A stretch of 26,255 nucleotides of DNA. Origin: Deinococcaceae bacterium. Lineage in GTDB: Bacteria; Deinococcota; Deinococci; Deinococcales; Trueperaceae. Where the stretch lies: NCBI GenBank assembly GCA_040256005.1, contig JBDZWC010000001.1, positions 60,305 to 86,559 on the forward strand, written 5' to 3'. The position numbers and the translations under genes are program-made. The notes below the pieces were generated by a model, which saw only the letters and a program-made list of their open reading frames with translations, was not told where the DNA came from and did not search any database. Shown piece after piece: positions 16,017-23,951 of this stretch. Numbering within the stretch: the stretch's first letter is position 1; each line of letters opens with the position of its first letter.

Positions 16017-16289
16017 TCAGCCGCCGGTGTGCGGACCGATCACCTCGCTCACGACGGTCACGACGTCGCACGGGAACCCGCCGCGCCGAGCGTGCTCACG
16101 CACCACGTCGGCGTTCTCGCACTCGTGGACGCAGTAGAGCTTGTCGCCCGCGACGTAGCTGTGGAGCCAGGTGTACGGGACGCCGAGGGACTCCACGACG
16201 GCGTTGGAGGCGCGGGCGATCTCCTTCAGCTGCTGCTCGGTCAGGTCTCCTGCACCAGGGATCGTCCTCTCGATGATGAAGCGTGGCAT
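16017..16289 (-). CDS. DUF4242 (SCO4226-like) small protein
   Basis: MPRFIIER.IPGAG.L, WLHSYV..DKLYCV, VREHARRGGFPCD.V..V. GGAG RBS. Confidence 0.88.
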   Translation of the reverse strand: MPRFIIERTIPGAGDLTEQQLKEIARASNAVVESLGVPYTWLHSYVAGDKLYCVHECENADVVREHARRGGFPCDVVTVVSEVIGPHTGG

Positions 16290-16366
16290 GTTCGGCTCCT
16301 CTCCGGGCCCTACGGCCTGTGGCGAGTCTGGGCCAGGACGCTGGGCAGGGACATCGGGGGAAGCCC

Positions 16367-18979
16367 CTAGGTTTGGATGTCGAGGCCCTTGCTGGCGTCG
16401 ACCAGTCCGTGGGCGACGGCCTGGGCGACCGCCGCGGCACGGTTCTGGACCTCGAGCTTCTGCAGAACGGCAGACACGTGGTGCTCGGCCGTCTTGGCCG
16501 TGATCGAGAGGCGCTCGGCGATCTCCGAGTTCGTTAGGCCCGCTGCCATCAGCGCCAGCACCTCGGCTTGCCGCGGGGTAAGGTTCGCAGGGTGAGAACC
16601 CGTGCTGCGCCTGGGCCCGCGCGGGATGCCGACGATGCCGCGCGCCCGCATCTGCGCGGTCAACCGGGCCGCCGCTGGGACCGCTCCGAGGCGCTTGAAG
16701 CTCGCCACGGCGTCACGCATCGCGGCCTCGTCGCCGTGGGCGAGGGCGAAGGCCCTCTCGTACGGGCAACCGATCTCCTCCCACAGCCCCGCGGATCGCC
16801 TCCAGTCCCCCTCGACGAGAACGGCGAACGGCTCAGCGGAGCCGTTCAGCGGCTCAGCTATCGCGCCGGCCCTCCAGAGCCACAGAGACACCTCGCCGCG
16901 CGCCCATGGGCTGTCGGCCGCCTTCACCTGTTCGAGGATCGGCTCTAGGATCCCGGGTATCTTGGCGGTCCTGTCCTCCAACCAGGCGAGCTCTGCCAGG
17001 CCGCACACGGGCGACCACCGGTACTGGAGGGCGCTCTTCGGACTGATCGCCAGCGCGCTCCTGAGCGTGTCCGCCGCGCCGTGGTCCCCGCGCCTCACCT
17101 GCACCCTGCCCCAAGCCCCCTGAGCCGTCATGGGACCGATGAAGCCGTGGCCGGGCAGTGGCCTGAAGGTGGAGGCCAGCCTCTCGGCGTCGTCGTAGCG
17201 CCCCTGCTCGAAAGCGACGCGCGCCAGCCATGCGCGGCCGTAGGCGACCGAGGCGTCGTCGTCCGTCTGGGTCGCCTCCTCGACCAGCTCCTCGAGAGCT
17301 GTGATGGCGATGTCGTAGAGCCGACCTTCGCCAGCCCCCGAGCCGAGCATCCACAGTGCGTTCTGCGCGCCGCGCTTGAACCCCAGGCGATCGGCGAGCT
17401 GTCGGGCCTCGAGCTCGATGCGGGCACCTTCGCGTACGTCGCCCATCACGAGCTGCGCGGCACCTTCGACGACCATCGCGGCCACCTCCATGCTGCCGTT
17501 GCCAAGCTCTCTGGCAGCGTCGAGGGCCGCGCGAGTCGCCTCCATGGCCGGCTCGTAGCGGCGCCTCAACATGGAGACCAGGGCCTTGTAGTAGTGGCTG
17601 CGGGCCTTCTCGGGCGAGAGCGGCCTCTCGGACAGGAGCGCCCGGGCCTCCTCCACGGGAGCATCGGCCTCGGCGTCGCGCCCCATGCGGAAGCGTGCGT
17701 AGCCCAGCATGCCGAGCGCCTCGGCCAGTGGTTCAGGGTCGCCGAGGCGTGAGCGGATATCGACGGCCCGCTCGCACTGTTCCAGCGCCTCGGCGTGGAG
17801 GTCGAGGACGTCGGCGGTAGTGGCGAGCTGGACCCTGATGCGGGCCTCCGTCGCCTCGTCCATGTGCTCCCGCCTCTCGAGAGCGATCCTCAGGAACTGA
17901 GCGGCCTCCCGGTGTGCGCCGCGCTCGGTCGCCTGGCGGGCCGCGGGCTGGGCGAAGCGGACGACGAGGTCCCAGGCGTGAGCCCGCCCGGCATGGTGTG
18001 CCAGCCTCGCGTAGTCCTCGGGTTCCTGCTCCGAGAGCAGGTCGATCATCGCGCGGTGCCACTCGAACTGGCGGCCCAGCGGCGTGGCCGCCTCGACAGC
18101 GGTCCTGGCCAGGTCGTGTCGGAAGCGCAGGAGCGCGCCCTCGACGAGGAGGATGCCGGCGCCGGCCGCCTCGTCGACCGCCTCCGCACCTACGTCGGCG
18201 ACCTGCAGGGCGTACTCGATCTCGAGCGACCTGGGGGCCGAGGCGACGACCTCGACCAGGCGCCTGGCCCCGGCGCCGAGACGCCCGGCGCGCGCCATCA
18301 CGGCCTGCCTCACCGTGTCCGGCACCTCGTCGCCGGAGGCGATCACCTCCGTGACGAAGAAGGCGTTACCGTCGGTGGCCCTGTGGATCCGCGCGGCGCG
18401 TGAGGCGTCGGCGCCGGACAGGGTCTGCACCGCCTCGATGGAGAGGGGAGGTACTCCCATCGTGAGCGTCGACGGTCTTCCCACTAGGTCACCCACGACC
18501 TGGCGTGCCGGGTGTTCGGGACCGATCTCGTCGTCCCTGTACGTCGCCACTACCATGGAGGGCAGGTCCGCGATGCGTCGGCCGATGAACCGCAGGAAGT
18601 CAAGCGTGCCGGCATCCGCCCAGTGGATGTCCTCCAACACCAGTGCGATCGGGATCGTGGCCCCGGCGAGGCGCCGCTGTACCGCGGTGAACAGCTCGTA
18701 CGGTTCCGCGCTGGAGGCGAAGGACTCGGCCAGGTGCGCTCGTGGGTCCAAGGCGATGTCGACGAGGGGACTCAACGGCCGCGGTGTCGTGAGTGGGTCG
18801 CACGCGCCGAACAAGACGTGTGCCCTGCCGATGGACCGGTGACCGAACTCGGTGACGAGCGCGGTCTTGCCGGCGCCCGCTTCGGCTCCGACGAGCACCA
18901 GTGAGCCGCGCCCCTGGGTAGCGGCCCTGAGCCGCTCTGCGAGCTGCTCGAGCTGTGCCTGCCGTTCCAGCAGTGGCAT
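16367..18979 (-). CDS. LuxR-family STAND (AAA_16/MalT-like) ATP-dependent regulator
   Basis: LLER, GAEAGAGKT Walker A, LVLEDIHWAD Walker B, TDGNAFFVTE, FRHDL, TPR region and C-terminal LTPRQAEVLALMAAGLTNSEIAERL.IT.KTAEHHVS LuxR HTH. Confidence 0.9.
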   Translation of the reverse strand: MPLLERQAQLEQLAERLRAATQGRGSLVLVGAEAGAGKTALVTEFGHRSIGRAHVLFGACDPLTTPRPLSPLVDIALDPRAHLAESFASSAEPYELFTAVQRRLAGATIPIALVLEDIHWADAGTLDFLRFIGRRIADLPSMVVATYRDDEIGPEHPARQVVGDLVGRPSTLTMGVPPLSIEAVQTLSGADASRAARIHRATDGNAFFVTEVIASGDEVPDTVRQAVMARAGRLGAGARRLVEVVASAPRSLEIEYALQVADVGAEAVDEAAGAGILLVEGALLRFRHDLARTAVEAATPLGRQFEWHRAMIDLLSEQEPEDYARLAHHAGRAHAWDLVVRFAQPAARQATERGAHREAAQFLRIALERREHMDEATEARIRVQLATTADVLDLHAEALEQCERAVDIRSRLGDPEPLAEALGMLGYARFRMGRDAEADAPVEEARALLSERPLSPEKARSHYYKALVSMLRRRYEPAMEATRAALDAARELGNGSMEVAAMVVEGAAQLVMGDVREGARIELEARQLADRLGFKRGAQNALWMLGSGAGEGRLYDIAITALEELVEEATQTDDDASVAYGRAWLARVAFEQGRYDDAERLASTFRPLPGHGFIGPMTAQGAWGRVQVRRGDHGAADTLRSALAISPKSALQYRWSPVCGLAELAWLEDRTAKIPGILEPILEQVKAADSPWARGEVSLWLWRAGAIAEPLNGSAEPFAVLVEGDWRRSAGLWEEIGCPYERAFALAHGDEAAMRDAVASFKRLGAVPAAARLTAQMRARGIVGIPRGPRRSTGSHPANLTPRQAEVLALMAAGLTNSEIAERLSITAKTAEHHVSAVLQKLEVQNRAAAVAQAVAHGLVDASKGLDIQT

Positions 18980-19222
18980 GAGGATGCGCCCCCTGGTGGG
19001 TCTTTCCGCCCGCGTTGCCGTCGTCGCGGGCCACGATAGCAAGGTCCTTCTCGGTGCGCAGGTCCTGGACGGGCGAGAGACGCGGGTGGGTGACGGCCCG
19101 TTCCCCTCGGTGTTGTAGGGTAGGTAGTTCCCGAGCGGTCCGGCATCGGAGCCGGTGTTGGACCGTACGGCAGGTGACGCTTACGTCGTTTACCCCTTCA
19201 GATCGACCGCAACGGAGTGCGA

Positions 19223-20575
19223 ATGGAACCCATACCGGCAACTAGAGAGGGCCCTCACGGGGGCCCCGAAGCAACACACGAGTCAGCGAAGATCTCGGTC
19301 CGCGGGCTCTACAAGGTCTTCGGACCGGAACCCGGCAGGGCGATCGGCGCCCTCGAGAAGGGCGCGACCAAGGCAGAGGTCCAGGACCGCCTCGGCAACG
19401 CCGTCGGGGTCGCCAACGTCGACCTCGACGTGCACACCGGTGAGACGTTCGTGCTCATGGGCCTGTCGGGCAGCGGCAAATCCACGCTGTTGAGGCTCCT
19501 CAACCGCCTGCACGAGCCCACGGCGGGCAGCATCCTGGTCGACGGGATCGACATCACCACGCTCAGCAGGCGCGAGCTGCTCGAGGTGAGGCGTCAGAAG
19601 TTCAGCGGCATGGTGTTCCAGCAGTTCGCGATCCTGCCGCACCGCACGGTCCTGGACAACGTCGGCTACGGCCTCGAGGTCCAAGGGGTGCCCGCCAGCG
19701 AGAGGCGGGAACGGGCGCAGAGCGCGATCGAGCTGGTCGGCCTGGCCGGGTGGGAACAGGGCTACCCGAGAGAGCTGTCGGGAGGCATGCAACAGCGCGT
19801 GGGCCTGGCTCGCGCGCTGGCGGTGGACGCCGACATCCTGCTGATGGACGAGGCGTTCAGCGCCCTCGATCCACTGATCCGTCGTGAGATGCAGGACGAG
19901 CTCATCGATCTGCAGACGCGCATGCGGAAGACGATCGTGTTCGTCACCCATGACCTCGATGAGGCTCTGCGCCTGGGCGATCGCATCGCGATCATGAAGG
20001 ACGCCCGCGTGGTCCAGGTCGGGACGCCGGAGGAGGTGATCACCGAGCCGGCGGACGACTACGTGGCCGCCTTCGTCGAGGGCGTGGACCGCAGCGACGT
20101 GCTCACGGCCGGCAGCATCATGCAGCCGGTCAAGGAGACAGCGAGGTTGCAGGACGGCCCTCAGTCCGCTCTGAACAAGATGCGACGCTCCGGCATCTCG
20201 GGCATCCTCGTCGTCGACGCTGAGCGCCATGTCTTGGGCTACCTGAGGTCGGAGCGGATCGTCGCCGCCATGCGGGAGGGCGGTGTCGAGCAGGGCAGGA
20301 TCCATGGGGACCTGATGGACCCGGCACCAGCCGTCACGACCGAGACGCCGCTGAACGAGGTCATCGACGTCGCCTCGGAAGGCTCCGCCCCGGTAGCCGT
20401 CACTGACCCTGCCGGTAGGCTCCGCGGTGTGGTCGTGAAGGGCGCCATCCTGGCCGCGTTGGCGAGGCCCGGCCGCGACGGAGGAGAGGACCACACGCCA
20501 GCCGCGGCCGAAGCTGCCGTACCTGCGCCCACAGGAACGGCGGGCGCCGTCGCGGACCGGGGGCGCCATGTTTGA
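19223..20575 (+). CDS. opuAA: Glycine betaine/proline ABC transporter ATP-binding subunit with CBS domains (OpuAA/ProV)
   Basis: [45 protein letters not shown] and a C-terminal CBS pair. Confidence 0.92.
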   Translation: MEPIPATREGPHGGPEATHESAKISVRGLYKVFGPEPGRAIGALEKGATKAEVQDRLGNAVGVANVDLDVHTGETFVLMGLSGSGKSTLLRLLNRLHEPTAGSILVDGIDITTLSRRELLEVRRQKFSGMVFQQFAILPHRTVLDNVGYGLEVQGVPASERRERAQSAIELVGLAGWEQGYPRELSGGMQQRVGLARALAVDADILLMDEAFSALDPLIRREMQDELIDLQTRMRKTIVFVTHDLDEALRLGDRIAIMKDARVVQVGTPEEVITEPADDYVAAFVEGVDRSDVLTAGSIMQPVKETARLQDGPQSALNKMRRSGISGILVVDAERHVLGYLRSERIVAAMREGGVEQGRIHGDLMDPAPAVTTETPLNEVIDVASEGSAPVAVTDPAGRLRGVVVKGAILAALARPGRDGGEDHTPAAAEAAVPAPTGTAGAVADRGRHV

Positions 20576-21407
20576 GTTCCGAGTCCCCATACGCGACGTC
20601 GTGTCGAACGTGGTCGAGTACCTGCGCGACGCCCTCGCGCCGGCTTTCGACGGCTTCGCCAACGCTGTAGACACGCTGATCAGCGCCATGCTCGCCGCGT
20701 TCCAGTGGGCACCCGTGCCGGTGGTCATCGTCTTCTTCGCCGGGCTGGCGGCTCTGCTGGCCGGTTGGCGCGTGGGACTGTTCGCCCTCGTCGGTCTGGT
20801 TCTGGTCGAGAACATCGGCCTGTGGAACCCGTTCCTCCAGACGCTCGCGCTCGTCATCGCGGCGCAGGTGCTGATCACGGCCGTTGGCGTTCCGCTGGGC
20901 ATCCTCGCGGCGCGCAGCGATGCGGTGGAGGGCGTGCTGAGACCCATCCTGGACTTCATGCAGACGATGCCGGCCTTCGTCTACCTGATCCCCGCCGTAA
21001 TGTTCTTCGGGATAGGACTCGTGCCGGGCGTGGTCGCGACGTTCGTGTTCGCGATCCCGCCGCTGGTGCGCCTCGTCAACCTGGGGATCAGGCAAGTGCC
21101 CGACGACCTCGTCGAGGCGGCAGACGCCTTCGGCTCGACGAGCTGGCAGCGTCTTGTCAAGGTCGAGATGCCGGTGGCACGACCCAGCATCATGGCCGGC
21201 CTGAACCAGTCGATAATGCTCAACCTGTCGATGGTCGTGATCGCAGGCATGATCGGGGCGCGTGGACTCGGGGCCGAGGTGCTGAGGGGCATCCAGCGCC
21301 TCAACGTGGGCCAGGGCTTCGAAGCCGGCCTGGCCGTCGTGATCATGGCGATCGTCCTCGACAGGGTCACGGCGTCCGTCGGCGGCAGGCGCTCGCGGGG
21401 GGCCTGA
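20568..21407 (+). CDS. opuAB: Glycine betaine ABC transporter permease (OpuAB/ProW)
   Basis: RPILDFMQTMPAFVYLIP, EAADAFG (EAA loop) and LSMVVIAGMIGA.GLG; overlaps the opuAA end. Confidence 0.92.
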   Translation: MFEFRVPIRDVVSNVVEYLRDALAPAFDGFANAVDTLISAMLAAFQWAPVPVVIVFFAGLAALLAGWRVGLFALVGLVLVENIGLWNPFLQTLALVIAAQVLITAVGVPLGILAARSDAVEGVLRPILDFMQTMPAFVYLIPAVMFFGIGLVPGVVATFVFAIPPLVRLVNLGIRQVPDDLVEAADAFGSTSWQRLVKVEMPVARPSIMAGLNQSIMLNLSMVVIAGMIGARGLGAEVLRGIQRLNVGQGFEAGLAVVIMAIVLDRVTASVGGRRSRGA

Positions 21408-21594
21408 AGGGGCTTCACGGCATGTTAACCGGGTAGCACCGGCGTCGCACCGCCGGTTGGCACCTCGGATGAGCTCGTGTTACGGTCGCAAGGTCGCCGT
21501 GTTCGGCGCTCGTCTGTATGCGTACGTACGTACGCTCGCGGAACGTTCTTGGTTCCGTCGCCGTCAAAGCCCCGTATTCGTCGGGAGGTAACAA

Positions 21595-22434
21595 ATGCGT
21601 AAGCTCTTCGTCGCGCTGATACTGGCGCTGGTCGCCGGTGCGGCCATGGCCCAGGACGACACCATCGACCTGGGTTACGTCCTCTGGGATTCCGAGATCG
21701 CGTCGACACACGTGGTGGCAGCCGTACTGATGGACGACCTCGGCTACGAGGTGAACCTGACGTCGGTGGACGCGGGTCCCATGTGGACGGGTGTCGCCCA
21801 AGGCGACTTCGACGCGATCGTCGCGGCCTGGCTTCCCGCCACTCACGCCGCCTACTGGGAGCAGACCCAGGACGACCTGATCGACCTTGGCCCCAACCTC
21901 GAGGGCGCTGACATCGGCTGGGCCGTTCCCACGTACGTCGATGTCGACAGCATCACCGAGCTCAACGACAACGCCGACGCGTTCGGTGGCGAGATCATCG
22001 GCATCGACCCCGGTGCCGGCCTCATGGCGGCCAGCGACCGCGCGATGGAGACGTACGATCTGAGCAACTTCGTGCTGCTCGACGGCTCCGACTCCGCCAT
22101 GACGGCAGCGCTCGACCGCGCCTACGACCGCGAGGAGCCCATCGTCGTGACGAGCTGGCGCCCGCATTGGATGTGGGCTGCGTATGATCTGAAGTACCTG
22201 GATGACCCCGAGGACGTGTTCGGCGACGCCGAGACGATCAACACGATCGTCAACCGCGAATGGGCCGACAACGAAGCTCCCGAGGACGTACTGACGTTCC
22301 TCGACAACTTCCACTGGACCAGCGACCAGATGGGTGAGGTCATGCTGATGATCCAGGGCGACATGGAGCCGATGGACGCCGCGCGGGCGTGGATCGCAGA
22401 CAACCGTGACGTCGTGGAGCAGTGGCTGCCGTAG
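21595..22434 (+). CDS. opuAC: Glycine betaine ABC transporter substrate-binding protein (OpuAC/ProX)
   Basis: Sec signal peptide (AMA|Q), W.SEIAST, AWLP.TH, GIDPGAG and W.PHWMW. GGAGG RBS. Confidence 0.9.
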   Translation: MRKLFVALILALVAGAAMAQDDTIDLGYVLWDSEIASTHVVAAVLMDDLGYEVNLTSVDAGPMWTGVAQGDFDAIVAAWLPATHAAYWEQTQDDLIDLGPNLEGADIGWAVPTYVDVDSITELNDNADAFGGEIIGIDPGAGLMAASDRAMETYDLSNFVLLDGSDSAMTAALDRAYDREEPIVVTSWRPHWMWAAYDLKYLDDPEDVFGDAETINTIVNREWADNEAPEDVLTFLDNFHWTSDQMGEVMLMIQGDMEPMDAARAWIADNRDVVEQWLP

Positions 22435-22462
22435 CGCTGAGACACTTCAGGTGAAAAAGGTT

Positions 22463-22500
22463 CGAGGAGGCCGGCATCCCACGGGATGCCGGCCTCCTCG
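22463..22500. terminator. Strong inverted repeat, probable bidirectional terminator
   Basis: CGAGGAGGCCGGCATCCC-ac-GGGATGCCGGCCTCCTCG, 18-bp perfect arms between convergent genes. Confidence 0.85.
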
Positions 22501-22538
22501 CTTCTGGACGGGCAGGCGCCACGCCTACTGCGTGTGGG

Positions 22539-23852
22539 TCAGGCCAGGACGGCCAGAGCCTTGTCGAGGCCCTCGAACCCGTAGGCGAGGTCCTCCTCGG
22601 AGATCGTCAGCGGCGGGCTGATGATCAGCACGTTGTAGCGACCGAAGGCGTAGACGCCGTGGTCGCGCAGTGCTGCCGTGAGCTTGCCCACGGGCGAGTT
22701 GTCCCCGCCGTACCAAGCGACGAGCGGCTCGCGTGTCGTGCGGTCCTTGACGAACTCGAGCGCGAAGAACGCTCCCACCCCGCGCACGTCGCCCACCACC
22801 TGGTGACGGTCGCGCAGCGCGGCGAGGCCGTCCCTCAGCACCGGTTCGAGCTGTTGCGCCCGTTGGAACAGGCCCTCTTGGCGCATGGCGGTGACCGTAG
22901 CCAGGCCAGCGGCCATGCCGAGCGGGTGACCCGAGTAGGTGTGGCCGCACATAAGCACGTTGTCGTCGAAGTGGGCGGCGAGCGACTCGCGTACCAACAC
23001 GCCGCCCAGCGGCACGTACGCGGAGGCCACACCCTTGGCGAAGACGATCATGTCCGGCGTGACACCGAAGCGTTGTGCGGCGAACGTGTCGCCCGTGCGG
23101 CCGAAGCCCGTCATCACCTCGTCGAAGACGAGCACGATGCCATGCCTGGCCGTGATGTCGCGCAGGCCCTTGAGGTAGCCCTCCGGGTAGACGATGACGC
23201 CGTTGGAGCCCACGACCGGCTCGATCACGAGGGCGGCGATGTTCTTCGCACCCTCGAACGTGATGACGTCCTCGATGTGCTGTAGAGCGCGCCTCGTCTC
23301 TTCGGCGGCGTCATCCGTGAAGAAGGGCGAGTTGTACGGGTAGGGGGCGAAGAAGCGCACGACGCCCGACATGCCGGGCTCGTTGGTCCAGCGCCTGTCC
23401 TCACCGGTCAGGCTGCCGGCGCCCGGCGCCGAGCCGTGGAAGGAGCGGTACGCCACGAGGACCTTGTGCCGGCCGGTGATCATGCGCGACATCTTGACCG
23501 CGTCCTCGTTGCCCTCCCCGCCGTTGGTCGTGAAGAACGCACGGGCGCCCTCCTGCCAGGGGGAGACGTCCGAGAGCAGCGCAGCGAACTCGTTGCGAAC
23601 GTCGTTCATGAGGGACGGCGCCGCGTAGAGGAGCTTCTCGGCCTGCCGCTTGATCGCGTCCACCACGGCTGGATGTCCATGTCCGAGGTTCACCGAGACG
23701 AGACCTGCCGACAGGTCGAGGTACCGCTTGCCGTCCTCGTCGAACAGGTACGAGCCCTGCCCGCGAGTGATGACCGGTGTGCTGATGGCGCCCTGCTTGC
23801 TCCAGGGCGTCAGCACGTGCTTGTGGCTGCGGCTGGTGGCCGTTGGTGACAT
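22539..23852 (-). CDS. Class III PLP-dependent aminotransferase (omega-amino acid/taurine-pyruvate-like; substrate unknown)
   Basis: GKRYLD, NLGHGHP, SFHG, IEPVVG, FDEVMTGFGRTG, PDMIVFAKG (PLP Lys) and GHTYSGHP. Confidence 0.9.
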   Translation of the reverse strand: MSPTATSRSHKHVLTPWSKQGAISTPVITRGQGSYLFDEDGKRYLDLSAGLVSVNLGHGHPAVVDAIKRQAEKLLYAAPSLMNDVRNEFAALLSDVSPWQEGARAFFTTNGGEGNEDAVKMSRMITGRHKVLVAYRSFHGSAPGAGSLTGEDRRWTNEPGMSGVVRFFAPYPYNSPFFTDDAAEETRRALQHIEDVITFEGAKNIAALVIEPVVGSNGVIVYPEGYLKGLRDITARHGIVLVFDEVMTGFGRTGDTFAAQRFGVTPDMIVFAKGVASAYVPLGGVLVRESLAAHFDDNVLMCGHTYSGHPLGMAAGLATVTAMRQEGLFQRAQQLEPVLRDGLAALRDRHQVVGDVRGVGAFFALEFVKDRTTREPLVAWYGGDNSPVGKLTAALRDHGVYAFGRYNVLIISPPLTISEEDLAYGFEGLDKALAVLA

Positions 23853-23951
23853 GTGACCTGCCTCCCTGACCGCGCCCGGTCGGGCGCATGCTTCGACTTG
23901 GCAGAAGCCTACTCCGGCGCCGTGGTCTAAGGCGGGGGGAGGACCGACGCG

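Noticed and set aside
19190..19201. TTACCCCTTCAG resembling a half of the lexA palindrome upstream of opuAA
   Set aside because: Imperfect single half-site with no inverted partner.
19283..20959. 558-aa antisense ORF (and similar long antisense ORFs at 12677-13927 and 24051-25199)
   Set aside because: Shadow ORFs opposite clearly conserved genes.
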